This document shows, piece after piece, positions 1 to 11,427 of a stretch of 64,000 bases of DNA. The stretch is from Phaeosaccion multiseriatum (taxonomy: Eukaryota > Protista > Ochrophyta, other classes). Both the position numbers and the translations under genes were made by a program. A model generated the notes under the pieces. It was not told the DNA's origin, did no database searches, and saw only the letters and a program-made list of their open reading frames with translations. Every line of letters starts with the position of its first letter. Position 1 is the stretch's first letter. The stretch covers positions 3,410,001-3,474,000 of the forward strand of contig OZ218952.1 of NCBI GenBank assembly GCA_965112735.1. Reading direction: 5' to 3'.

Positions 1-1275
1 TGCTGATGTTGGTGTGGCTGTTGGTGCCGCTGTTGGTGCTGATGATGGTGTGGCTGTTGGTGCGGCTGTTGGTTCTGATGTTGGTGTGGCTGTTGGTGCG
101 GCTGTTGGTGCTGATGTTGGTGTGGCTGTTGGTGCGGCTGTTGGTGCTGATGTTGGTGTGGCTGTTGGTGCCGCTGTTGGTGCTGATGTTGGTGTGGCTG
201 TTGGTGCGGCTGTTGGTGCTGCTGATGGTGTGGCTGTTGGTGCTGCTGTTGGTGCTGATGTTGGTGTGGCTGTTGGTGCCGCTGTTGGTGCTGATGATGG
301 CGTGGCTGTTGGTGCGGCTGTTGGTGCTGATGATGGTGTGGCTGTTGGTGCGGCTGTTGGTGCTGATGATGGTGTGGCTGTTGGTGCGGCTGTTGGTGCT
401 GATGTTGGTGTGGCTGTTGGTGCGGCTGTTGGTGCTGCTGATGGTGTGGCTGTTGGTGCGGCTGTTGGTGCTGATGTTGGTGTGGCTGTTGGTGCCGATG
501 TTGGTGCTGATGTTGGTGTGGCTGTTGGTGCCGCTGTTGGTGCTGATGATGGCGTGGCTGTTGGTGCGGCTGTTGGTGCTGATGTTGGTGCGGCTGTTGG
601 TGCTGATGTTGGTGTGGCTGTTGGTGCGGCTGTTGGTGCTGATGTTGGTGTGGCTGTTGGTGCGGCTGTTGGTGCTGATGATGGTGTGGCTGTTGGTGCT
701 GATGATGGTGTGGCTGTTGGTGTGGCTGTTGGTGCTGATGTTGGTGTGGCTGTTGGTGCGGCTGTTGGTGCTGATGTTGGTGTGGTTGTTGGTGCCGCTG
801 TTGGTGCTGCTGTTGGTGTGGCTGTTGGTGCTGATGTTGGTGCTGATGTTGGTGTGGCTGTTGGTGCCGCTGTTGGTGCTGCTGTTGGTGCTGATGTTGG
901 TGTGGCTGTTGGTGCTGCTGTCGTTGGTGCCGGTGTAGGAGCTGCCGTTGGTGTTGCTGTCGTTGGTGCCGGTGTCGGAGCTGCTGTTGGTGCTGCTGTC
1001 GTTGGTGCCGGTGTAGGAGCTGCTGTTGGTGCTGCTGTCGTTGGTGCCGGTGTAGGAGCTGCTGTTGGTGCTGCTGTCGTTGGTGCCGGTGTAGGAGCTG
1101 CTGTTGGTGCTGCTGTCGTTGGTGCCGGTGTAGGAGCTGCTGTTGGTGCTGCTGTCGTTGGTGCCGGTGTAGGAGCTGCTGTTGGTGCTGCTGTCGTTGG
1201 TGCCGGTGTAGGAGCTACCGTTGGGGGCCCTGTTGGAGCTGCTGTTGGTGCCGGTGTAGGAGCTGCCGTTGTAAC
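1..1275. repeat. Coding tandem repeats (36-bp then 39-bp units)
   Basis: Units such as tgctgatgttggtgtggctgttggtgcggctgttgg (36 bp) to about 920, then gctgctgttggtgctgctgtcgttggtgccggtgtagga (39 bp). Confidence 0.95.
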
Positions 1276-2067
1276 CTGGCGACGGGAGAGAGGAGGAGGA
1301 CAATACGGCAAGCAGGATGGGTGGAGTGAGAGAGCCGGAGAGGAGTGACAGCAGAAAAAAACCCTTGAACGGACAAAACGAGCGGGGCGGGGCAGCCTAT
1401 CAGCCACAAGGGGAAATTCATCGTTACCCACCGTGGCTGGTGCTGTTGGTGCTGCTGTAGGTGCACACACTATGCTTACGTTCCCACAGCAATCGCCAAA
1501 AGACACGCAAGCATCGTCGCTGTTGAGATTCAAGTGGGGGGGGGGGGGGCACCGGTTAAGAGCAGGTACGAGTCTATAGAGTCTGTAGTCACCGCGTGCC
1601 AAAGAGGAATGCAAGAGGAAGGCAAAGTTCCTTAAGTTGGGGCTCGGCGGGGCCCACCCACCCAACCCGTGTCACGCCTTGCCATCTCCCCCCCCCCCCC
1701 GTCTTTATAGTAATGCACACGGGAATGAACAAGAAGCAACATCCTCGGCAAATACACTAGCAAACAAAGCAAGGCAAAGGCAAAGCAAAGTACCCACAGC
1801 GCAACTCAACGCGGGTGCCCCCTCCCCCATCCATACTCTGTGCTGCGTCCAGCTTGAGGAATCGGCGAGAGACAGGAATCGCGAAGGAAGGGAGGAAGGA
1901 GAAGCCATCCTTCCTTCCTTCCTTTTGCTCGACTCACCAAAAGCACCTGTTGCCTTCTGAGTCTGGGCCTACTGCTTGGTCGACTTTACCGCAGTCATCC
2001 AGCTCGCAGCAGAGAGGTGCGCAGCAGAGAGGAGGTTTACTGCATTCGTCCTCCACGAATGGATTAC
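1..2067 (-). CDS. Mucin-like Pro/Thr/Ala-rich protein (3' part runs off the window; 5' exons uncertain)
   Basis: Minus-strand exon starting at 1275 (ccag|GTTACA) reads VTTAAPTPAPTAAP... then PTAAPTATPTSA repeats to the window edge. Candidate upstream exons lie near 1433-1455 and at 1938-2067 (Cys-rich, GNPFVEDECSKPPLCCAPLCCELDDC..., flanked by cag| and |gtgagt). Confidence 0.6.
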
Positions 2068-3566
2068 CTGAGGACGGGTCAAGGGGGGAAAGTGGGGGCG
2101 GCGGGGTGGAGAGGGAGAAGATGGGGGGGTGGGGGCAATGACGACACGCAGTGCTAAAGTTCATTACGTTGATCGTAGGCAATGAGGACACGAAGTACTT
2201 GAGCGTCTATTTCATAGCAGTGGCGCTCTCACTCTTCCACGTCAACCCGAACTGCCCTGTGAAGAAGCCAGGAGAGGAAGCCAGGAGAGGACTTGGTCCC
2301 TCCACTGGTGCATGTTCGCAAACAGGGCAACCCTAACCCTACCCCCCCCCCCTCGTTCCTACCGGCCCCTTCTTGTACGTGTGTTTACACATCACTCACC
2401 GTTCCCTTGTCCTTGCCCTGCCACAAGGCTGCTACGGCCGGTTGCCCAGTCTCCGGAGATGACAAGTGTGAGCACTAGTGGCAGTACACCCGACAACAAA
2501 GCCCTCCACGTTACGCAGCCCCGCCACCGGCGGGCCCTCCTGCCTGGGGAGCACGCTGCCCACCTATCCAACAACCCTCTAGTGCTTGAGACAGGCCCAT
2601 GTGGCTCGGGGCCTGCCTGTTCGGGCCCTCCTCCTCCTCCTCCGCCGCCCCCTCCTCCGCCTTCCCCGTACTCCCGCCACCATTCTCTGTGCTGTTGCCG
2701 CCGGCCCGGCAAAGGACGGTGAGCACCCCGTCCCCGTTTCCGGGTGAGGCCGCCCCCCTCGGCCATAGGAGGCTTCCCTGTTGCGCTCTCACTTTTCCGT
2801 CATTCACACTAGATCCGCCCCTCCCTCGAAATCCCCCCTCCCCCTCCCTCCAGCACAAGTGGTGGTGGATGCGAGTGGAGGCGACCCGAATGGGACTTGA
2901 ATACTCCCACGGGTGCCCTGTACGACTGCACAGCCCAAAGCTGCTCGAGCCTGGCAATCTCCCCCTCCTGTCACTGGCCACTCTGAGAGTCGGCCTTTTA
3001 GCTGGGCACGAATCGGCCAAAACCGCCTGCGCCAGCCGTGGACTGCGACTTTCGCTTCAGTTCGACCTGTAGCTTGATCCTACAGAGGCTCAAGGTGGCG
3101 AGACCTTGTTCTCGCTCCCCTACCACCAAATGGTGTTGGTCTCCGATGAGGTGATAGCTGACCGTCGGCAAATTTTAGGGCGAACGGGACCCAACCGGGA
3201 GTAGGATGTGGCCCAACTATTTGTATGTAGACTTTCCCCCCCCCCTCGTGTGCACCCAACCCACGAGAGCCCTCCTCTTGTCCAGAGCAGCGGGCGTCGG
3301 ATATCCCCCCCTCGTGGGCTCAATGAGTGCTCAAGTGGTGGTGGAAGGCTCCCTTTATACCATGGGACAGTAGCTGCTCTTTGGAGAAATGAGAAAAAGA
3401 ACGCAGCGGAAAATCGATATTGGCGATATAAAGTCGAGTTCATTGCCCTCCTTCCTTGCTCCGAGTATTCTGGCCAAGTGCCCTCCTTCCTTGCTCCGAG
3501 TATTCTGGCCAAGGTGCTTAGTAGTGACGGTGGGAGCGGTGGCCGCTTTAATACACAAGCAGGAGA

Positions 3567-4886
3567 ATGGGGTGCTTGCAAAGTATTCTGGCCAAGGTGC
3601 TTAGTAGTGACGGTGGGAGCGGTGGCGGCAGCGGCAGCAGCGGCACGGTCCAGCTGGCCGCGGCGCAGGAAATTGGCATGGGAGAGCGAGGCGTGGGTGT
3701 GAAGCAAGCACGGGGTTCAGCGGGCGGCTTCTTGGTTTCTGGGGAGGGTGTGGCACTGGCAGGTGGGCGCAAATCTTTGAGAGAGGAGAACACCGTCGGC
3801 AAATTTCGTCCTCGTCTCCCCCGACCCAAAGCGCCTCCCTTATCACGGTTTTTGTGGTGTATTGACTCCCTTCCTCCCCCCACCCCCTTCCTGCGTGTTC
3901 TCTTCTCCTGCAGGAGACTCGGTGGAGCAGGACTCTTCGTATTGGTGAGCGTTTCAGCCCTGCCATCAACCCGACCATCATCCCACGATCAAGCCTAATG
4001 CCCCCCCCCCCCTCAGGCTACGTCTCTGTTTGCTTACCACCATGTTTCCCCTTCCCTCATGGTTCCCCCCACCCGCCCTCCTCCCCTCCCTCCCTCCTTC
4101 TGTCCCTCAAGGGAGGTGAGGATAGCGAGCGCGGGCAAATTTTCCATCGGCGTGTGCGTGACTCAAAGCGCGGAAGCGTTGGCGAACGCTGCTACACTTG
4201 CCGACAGCAAGGATGGCATATATGTAAGTGCCGTCTCATCCCCGTCGGTGCTACCGAGGCCTTGTTTTCGTGAATCGGCACCACCCATCAGTGAACACTC
4301 TCCTCCTCGGACGCCTTATGGGCCCCGTTTCTCACAGCCTGTCTACTGCTGAACCCTCACGATTCCCCCCTCCCTTTGTCTTCCCATGCAGACGTTTACA
4401 GGCACGGCCATCGAGGCTGAAGGAGGAGGAGCAGCGCAGCCAGGGGACTCAGAGACGGCGCAGGCGAGCTTCTCGGTGGGGGAGTGGATCGGAATCACGG
4501 TGGACTTTACGACAATGCCCATGCTGACGTTCTCTAGAAAGGTGCGTGTGTAGTAAGCGGTGCTACTACTTGCCCGCTCTTATGTTTGTTTGGGGTACCT
4601 CGCACCCACTCGTGGCCAGAGGTACAGCCATACACACAGACATGGCAGGGTACTCTCTGCCGCTTATATACATGGTTCTCTGTGCTCATTCTTCGCTCTG
4701 CCCTTCCGACGATGGCAGGGAGAGCCTCTGGACGCTTTGTCCGTTAGCCGAGTGCGAGGTGTGACCTTCCCCGCCGTGGCGGTGAGCGACGGTGCGGCGC
4801 TGGAAGTGGTGTTTGACGGGCGAAGGCTGCAGGGCGTGCCACCGAGAGGTAGCCAGCCCCTCGTCAAGGCGATGAGCATGATTTGA
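3567..4886 (+). CDS. SPRYD7: SPRY domain-containing protein 7-like, 5 exons, N-terminal MGC acylation motif
   Basis: The spliced product MGCLQSILAK...FLVSGEGVALA|GDSVEQDSSYW|EVRIASAGKFSIGV...DGIY|TFTG...GEWIGITVDFTTMPMLTFSRK|GEPLDALSVSRVRGVTFPAVAVSDGAALEVVFDG...PPRGSQPLVKAMSMI* follows the SPRYD7 pattern. All introns are GT-AG. Confidence 0.8.
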
Positions 4887-6021
4887 TTGATTTCGTGCAG
4901 GCTGCACCCACGAAGAGCTTGTGGATGGAGCCTCCCGCCTGATGGAGACAGCGCCCAACAGGAGCCTGGAGGTGGAGTCTGCCTGCCTGCCTGCCTTCAA
5001 CCGGACCGGAATGGGACCGGGGCCGAAGGAAAGGCACAGCGAACGAACGAACGAACGAACGAACGTCAGCCAAGCCAAGCACGCCATGAAGCTTTCAAGA
5101 AAGGAAGGCTCGTCGTTGTCTTGTCTTCACTCCCTTCCCCGGTGTTCTTCCTTCCCGGCCTGACGGAAGGACGGAGGTGGCGGTCAGGTAGAGCGATGCA
5201 CACACAGCAGGGTTGTGTGTGGTGGGGGGGTCCATGAGTCCTCGCTCACATCCTCAGCCGCCTGAAGAGTGTGTTAGTTTTGGGGGGTTACCTTCTTCCT
5301 TGGAAGAAGATTACGCAGAGGCTGCTTGCTTGGCCCCCCTCGCTCAGGCCTCATCAGGATTGGTGGCTTCAGAATGGAATCCCCTTCGTCCGATCAGAGC
5401 TTTAGGCTGCTTTGTTCCTTTGTTGGAGCATGGGGGGATCAGGGGATGGTCAAGACCGGCGTCGCGAACAAGGCCTCTAGCTCTCTGCCATTACTGGTGC
5501 TTCAGTTACTCCTCCTCAATGAAAGCATGAGAGATCATTGCTGTTGATATGCTATTAATGCATTGCGTGAGCTGTTTTTTTGTTTTTCGCGTGCGAGCGT
5601 AGCGAGTACGCTTTCTATCTTACCGTATGTGAGATGTTTCCTCTATTTCTCAAATTTCCCCCCCCCCCCCCTCCCTCCCCCCCCCCCCCCCCGTACCGAG
5701 CCCCAAATTTGGGCCATCGACTTTTCCGCCAAATTTTTCCTGAGCGCTCAGGAAGGGTATGTCCTGCGCTCTCAGCGCTCCGAGCACTTTGGGCAGAAAT
5801 TTGATGGCCATGGGGGGAAATTCATCAAATCGACCAAATCTTCACATAGAAATAGAAAGAGATACAGCTATCCCCAAAGCTCCACTCCGAGGAGCCCCGT
5901 GCGTCTGGATCCTTCCTTCTCTGTTGCTGCTGCTCCCGCGTCTCTGACTTCTACCTCTTCTCATATCGTACTCTTCCTGCGGCAAAACTGACCAGACTGA
6001 CCATGACAGTTGGATTAGCGT

Positions 6022-6834
6022 ATGGCCTGCTGTGAGGAGGAGGGCACATCGGAGGGGTGGCTCATCCAGCCTGTTGACCCTGCTGACAACGACACTAACC
6101 CCAGCGGAGACGAGGACGAGGAGGATGACGTGGGGGACGAAGGGGACTGGTTGATAGCAGATCGTGTGGGAACAGCATTTCCTCAGCACTCTCTTCCACT
6201 TGCAGTAGCACCAGCAGTAGCACCGGCCCTAGCACCAGAAGACCTAGCACCAGAAGACGTCCACGCTGCAGCAGCCTCAGTCGAGGATGACAAGGCGGAT
6301 GAAGAGCTGCTGGCGCAGGTGAGGGCGGCCTCAGCCGGGGATGACAAGGGGGATGAAGAGCTGCTGGCGCAGGCGAGGGCAGATGTTGACAGCGCGGAAT
6401 GGGTCACGCGGCAGTGGTACAGACGTGTCAATTACCGTTCGCTCCGTCTGCAGCAGTGGGATGGGGACGACGACGGGCGCGTTGCGTTACAGCAAAGCCT
6501 CACCCAGGCTCAGTGCGCCTCACGGGAAGCTGAAAGTGCCCGTCTTTGGGCCATTTCTGCCCGAGCTGGTGCCCGCGCCCGCATCAGTGGCAGAGAGGCA
6601 GAGGACGCTCGGAACCGCCTCACACGACAAGCACGTGCACAACGCGTTGCCATCTCCAGAGCCACCAACATCGACTGTATTGGCATCTATGGGGGTCTCA
6701 CAGAGGAGCGGCTCCGAGTCGTTATTGGTGGGAAGGCGTTAGACAAGAGGAAGACAGAGGAGCAGCGGCTTCTGAGGCTTCAGGAGCTGACGCTTCAGAG
6801 GGTCAGAGGGGGGAGGGTAGTGCAACCAGGGTAG
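6022..6834 (+). CDS. Orphan ORF, 270 aa, acidic N-half and Arg/Ala helical C-half
   Basis: ATG-initiated non-repetitive ORF with an internal duplication (DDKADEELLAQVRA / DDKGDEELLAQARA). No family recognised. Confidence 0.4.
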   Translation: MACCEEEGTSEGWLIQPVDPADNDTNPSGDEDEEDDVGDEGDWLIADRVGTAFPQHSLPLAVAPAVAPALAPEDLAPEDVHAAAASVEDDKADEELLAQVRAASAGDDKGDEELLAQARADVDSAEWVTRQWYRRVNYRSLRLQQWDGDDDGRVALQQSLTQAQCASREAESARLWAISARAGARARISGREAEDARNRLTRQARAQRVAISRATNIDCIGIYGGLTEERLRVVIGGKALDKRKTEEQRLLRLQELTLQRVRGGRVVQPG

Positions 6835-7320
6835 GAGGGTAATAAGTGTGAGAGGGAGGTGTGTGTGTGTGGGTGTGTGGGTGTGGGTGTGGGTGTGTGA
6901 GAGAGGATGCGTGTGAGTGTCCGTGCGTGTGTGTGTGTCTCTGTATGTGTGTCTCGGTGTATGTGTGCGTGCGTGCGTGTAAATAGATAACGTAAATACT
7001 TCGTCGTAAATAACTGTCAATACAAGCGGAAATTCCAACACAACGATTGATTGGGGGACAGCTGCCAACCCAGCACCTCAGCCATAGCAGCCAACCCAAC
7101 ACTCTCCATCCCCTCTGAGTTCGAAAGTTTTGCCCGGCAGGGTAGTCGTGGGAGAGAGAAAGAACTGAGGTATTTCTCTCGCACGCGACTATATGCTGGC
7201 ATACCCTATTATTTTCTTTTGTGAAGAAGCAGCTAAGAAACTTCAACTCAAACTAAAACTGATCACTGAGGGACAAGGGAACAAAACCTTACATCGAGTG
7301 GTGCTTCAAAAGAGAGCAAG

Positions 7321-7838
7321 ATGGAGGACGATTCGCCCGCGTGGGTGAAGATTTGCAGCTGCGATGGCGCGGAATTCTACGTGGATCGACAATGTGCCAT
7401 GATCAGCGGCACCATCAAGGCCATGTTGCAAGGTGAGAAACGAAAAGGAGGGGAGAGGAAACCCGAGAAGGAGTGGGGCTTGGGAAGGGAAGGAGGGACG
7501 AGCATGTCTACCTATCGCGATACTTATCTGGCATCTCTGTTAGCGACAAGGGGCGACTCCGAAAACAGGGAAACGTGTTCTCCTTCTCTTTGACGCCACC
7601 CGATGCTGCTGCTGCTGCTACTGCTGCTCTCATTCATTGCATACACATAGGCCAGTTTGCGGAGAGCAAGGGAGAGATTACTTTGATGGAGATTGACAGC
7701 AAGATTTTGGAGAAGGTGGTCAAGTACATGTACTATCGGGCGCGATACACCAACAGCACCACCAGGATCCCGGAGTTCGAGATAGAGCCGGAGCTCGCGC
7801 TTGACCTCCTCATGGCCTCCAACTTTTTGGACTTGTGA
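7321..7838 (+). CDS. ELOC: Elongin C (2 exons: 7321-7432, 7651-7838)
   Basis: [31 protein letters not shown]|[61 protein letters not shown] is a typical Elongin C sequence. Confidence 0.95.
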
Positions 7839-8429
7839 AGCGCCGAGAGGGCTCGGGGTCGAAAGGGGGGGAGGACGGGTGCAAAAGGGAGAGCAGTGTG
7901 GTTTGCGTGGGGAGGATCAAAAAGCGAGAGCGAGATGGAGTGGGGGGAGGGGGGGACAGGGAAGAGGAGGAACAGCAGAAGCAGCAGCAGCAGTAACAGA
8001 TGCAGTAGTAGCAACACAGTCCCCGCTGCATCCAAAGGAGACAACAGCAATTGGGAGGGGCCATGGAAGTCAGTCTTCAGGGACGGGGAGAGGCAGTTTT
8101 CTTGTGCAGTGTGTGAAGGACCTCTCCGTGTCGTTCATTCACACTATGACCAGCGGTATCAGAAGGAGCGACAGGTAGTAGGAGGAGAATGGGAGGGAGG
8201 AGTAGCCTTGTAGCAGTCTCCCCTTTTCTTTCCTCTCGCCGACCTTGCGCAATCTCGGCTAGCCTGCTGCCCTCTGCTGGCATCTGGCTGCTGCTGCTGG
8301 TGGGACCCTCTCTCTCCCACCCCCTCTCCTCAGAGGCGATGATTTGTGGGTGCCCTTTGTGCGTGCACAGGGCATTGACAAATCATGGCTTCAGACGGAG
8401 TCCGGGGAGGCAGCCTGGTCTCATTTGCT

Positions 8430-8631
8430 GCCGCAGTGCGGGCCGAAACCGTGGCCGTCTTGGAGGCGACGAGGGGTCGCTGGGCGAATGGTGTTGCTGA
8501 TGACGAGCTACAGGGCTTCCTCGCGCATATACGTAAGAGGGGACAGCTGTCGGCTGGATCTGCAGCTCGTCATCACCAACACCACCCCTCGTCGCCTCCA
8601 AGACGGCCACGGTTTCGGCCCGCACTGCGGC
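8430..8631 (-). ncRNA. Long fold-back 1 (candidate miRNA/siRNA precursor)
   Basis: Perfect 48-bp inverted repeat 8430-8477/8584-8631, plus an inner 25-bp stem 8489-8513/8560-8584 with 2 mismatches. The hairpin is certain; the ncRNA function and strand are inferred. Confidence 0.55.
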
Positions 8632-8633
8632 TA

Positions 8634-8767
8634 ATACCTTTGCCTTTTGAACCCCGGAGCTGCTGAGCCTTCGAAAGGTTGAAGAACGGACCGTTAGCTT
8701 TTCCTGTGGTCGCGATCATAAACCTTTCGAAGGCTCAGCAGCTCCGGAGTTCAAAAGGCAAAGGTAT
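8634..8767 (-). ncRNA. Long fold-back 2 (candidate miRNA/siRNA precursor)
   Basis: 47-bp inverted repeat 8634-8680/8721-8767 with one mismatch (G:U on the minus strand) and a 40-nt loop. The hairpin is certain; the function is inferred. Confidence 0.55.
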
Positions 8768-9418
8768 AGCTTCTACCTTGCGCACAACTGAAGTGACAAA
8801 TGTGCATGCATGGGAAAATGCTCCGCTTGCCAAGAGGAGTGGGGGGGGGGTGATGCGACAGAAGCAGCCATAGCGGAGGGGAAGAAGTGGACGGGGGGGG
8901 CCTTGTGGGCACGGGGGGGAGAGCACTGGTAGTGGTAGGAGCAGGACAGCAGGGGGGCGGGGGCGGGGCTTAGAGGGAAGGTCGCCCTCCTCCTCCTCCT
9001 CCTCTGTGGCTGTTGTGTAGCAGGCACGTGCGTCGTCAATACTTCTTCACGTCAGTGCAGTTCATTACATCTTAACCCCCAAGGAACTGATCCCACGATC
9101 CGTATGTCCGTGTAGTGCGTGCGGCGGCTGCGGCTTTTGCTTTGTTTTGTTTTTTGAATGGTGTAAAAGTAGCATCACGTGCTATGCCGAACAGTGATTT
9201 GTCTCTCCTGGATTCCACAATACCCGCCAGAGTTGTGTGCCTCATCGACTTGTCAGAAAGAGTGGGTGGCGTCTGCAGGGCCAGGCCACCGCCAAGCGGC
9301 TTCGGATTGTGAACGTCGCCCGTGGATAAGCCGCCAAGTCCATTTCCCACGGGGGGGCGGAAGGTGGGACATCCAGTCATATGGTGGGATACCCAGTCAT
9401 ACATTGTACAGCTGTATC

Positions 9419-10526
9419 TCAAAATTGAGCCGAAGCGCTCATCCTTGCTTCCCTCCACCGACCCGCATCACCACCCTCCCAGGGTTGTGGGTTCTGTCTG
9501 TCTTCCCACACTTCGACGCCCGGCCTCTCCTGCAAATAGGCCAGCATCGCGGGCTTGAGAACGCTGACGCCGTCCTCACTACCTCGGCCTCGGCCTGTGA
9601 TGACCTTGATCTCAGCCCCCGCCTTCGCCTCTAAGAGCACGTGACGAAGCGCTGCCTTGCTCGTTCCCCTGGTGAAGTCGTGCAAGTCCATCTCTTGGCC
9701 CCCTTTCTTCCAGTGATTCAAGACCCCTTGCGACACGGCCTCTGCGTACAGCTCGTCAGCAGCCTCCTCGTCGCCACCCTCCTACAGAGCGTCAATGGTG
9801 GAGCTGTAGGTAACTTCGTTGGGAGCGAGTCCTTCTGCCTTCATCTCCCTCAGCAAACCCAATGCCTCCACGTGTTGGCTGGCCTTGGCGCATGCGTTAA
9901 TGGTGGCGCTGTAGCTGATTACGTCGGGAGCGAGTCCTTCTGCCATCATCTCCCTCAGCAAACCCAACGCCTCCACGTGTTGGCTGGCATTGGCGCACGC
10001 ATGCGTCAATGGTGGCGCTGTAGCTGATTTCATTGGGGGCGACTCCTTCTGCCTTCATCTCCCTCAGTAAACCCAATGCCTCCAAGTGCTGGCTGGCCTT
10101 GGCGCATGCGTTTATGGCGGCACTGTAGCTGATTACGTTGGGAATGAGTCCTTCTGCCGTCATCTCCCTCAGTAAAACCATAGCCTCCACGTGTTGGTTG
10201 GCCCTGGCGCATGCGTCAATGGTGGCGTTGTAGCTGATTACGTCTGGAGCGAGGAGCGAGTCCTTCTGCCTTCATCCCCCTCAGTAAACCCAATGCCTCC
10301 ACGTGTGGCTGGCCTTGGCGCAAGCGTCAATGGTGGAGCTGTAGCTGATCACATCTGGCGTGAAGCCTTCCTTCTTAATCTCTTGCAGAAGTGCCAAAGC
10401 GCCCTTCCACCGCCCGCACTTCCCAATCGCGGTAATTGCAGCATTCAAACAGTACAGATCGGGCTTGATGCCTCGTGGGCCACCCTGTTCCAATCCTTTC
10501 CTCCTCAGATCTTGGATCTCCCTCAT
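9419..10526 (-). pseudogene. PPR-SMR protein pseudogene
   Basis: About 6 PPR repeats (PDVISYSATINACAKASQHVEALGLLREMKAEGL) followed by an SMR domain (MDLHDFTRGTSKAALRH...IKVITGRGRGS...LKPAMLAYL). It is disrupted by non-homopolymer indels (near 10305, 10250, 9997) and an in-frame TAG at 9782-9784, and has no introns. Confidence 0.8.
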
Positions 10527-10580
10527 AAGCCGTATTCTCGACTTGTCACTTTTTTTCTTTTTTTCGTCGAGTTGATAAAG

Positions 10581-10605
10581 CCCTTAAGTGCCATCTATGA
10601 TTGTC
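10581..10605. promoter_or_regulatory. 25-bp element, copy 1 (divergent intergenic region)
   Basis: CCCTTAAGTGCCATCTATGATTGTC, 24/25 identical to 36523-36547. Confidence 0.55.
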
Positions 10606-10931
10606 TAAAAGTAATGTCTACCCCTGTGAGTTGGTACTAAAGTACCAACACGCATAGGAGACCCACGTTTTATCATTTTTTTTTTTTTTTTGGAGTCCTT
10701 CTTTTTTTAAAGGGCACGAGAGAAAAGGGAAGGCACAGCGTGGAGAAGCAGAGGCAGGATCCTTGCCGCGCAGGCCTTCTCTTCATTGGTGGGTGCTGGT
10801 GCAGGCCGCTGTCCGCCCGGCTGAGAGAAGTAAATTCTATCTCTTTGACACATCTTCGACACCGCTTGACCCCTTTCCTTTCACGAATACCTTATACAAG
10901 TCGTTCGTGTCTCCCTGGAGAGGTAGGGGCC

Positions 10932-11388
10932 ATGGGGAAGCAGCAGACGTCTCGGCTTCTCCAGCGGCCCATCCTGCTCGCGGCGCTGCTGCTGGCGTCC
11001 CTGCTGCTCCTTTCAACGCAGGTGGTCGGGGCGCGCTCAGTTGAAGTGCGCAACCTTCGCGGGCTCGGGGGCTATGGGCGAAGCAAGGTCACCACGACAA
11101 CCACCACCACCACCAAAAAGGAAGAAGTAAGGGACGGAGGAGCCGGAGGAGCCGGTGGAGCTGGAGGTGAAGGAGGGGCCGGTGGAGCTGGAGGCGAGGG
11201 AGGCGCCGCTCCCGCTGCCGGCCCTGCCCCTGGAGGCGTCGCTCCCATTGCCGGGCCTGCCCCGTGCTCGGGTGGGGCTGCGGCGGCGGCTGGCAACGCG
11301 GCAGCAGCGGCGAGCTGTGGCTCTGCGGCGGCCGCGGCGGTAAGTGTTGCCATACACTGCGTCATGTATTTCGTGTCAGCTTCACACC

Positions 11389-11427
<39 letters not shown>

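Noticed and set aside
6-1348. Plus-strand ORFs of 310 and 444 aa (LVWLLV / GAAVG repeats)
   Set aside because: Antisense shadows of the minus-strand PT-rich mucin repeat. The splice acceptor supports the minus strand.
2392-3300. Possible minus-strand gene divergent from SPRYD7
   Set aside because: Coding-like composition, but no consistent frame, splice model or recognisable domain.
9782-9784. Stop-codon readthrough or alternative genetic code in the PPR gene
   Set aside because: Accompanied by several frameshifts, and other genes terminate normally at TAG, TAA and TGA.
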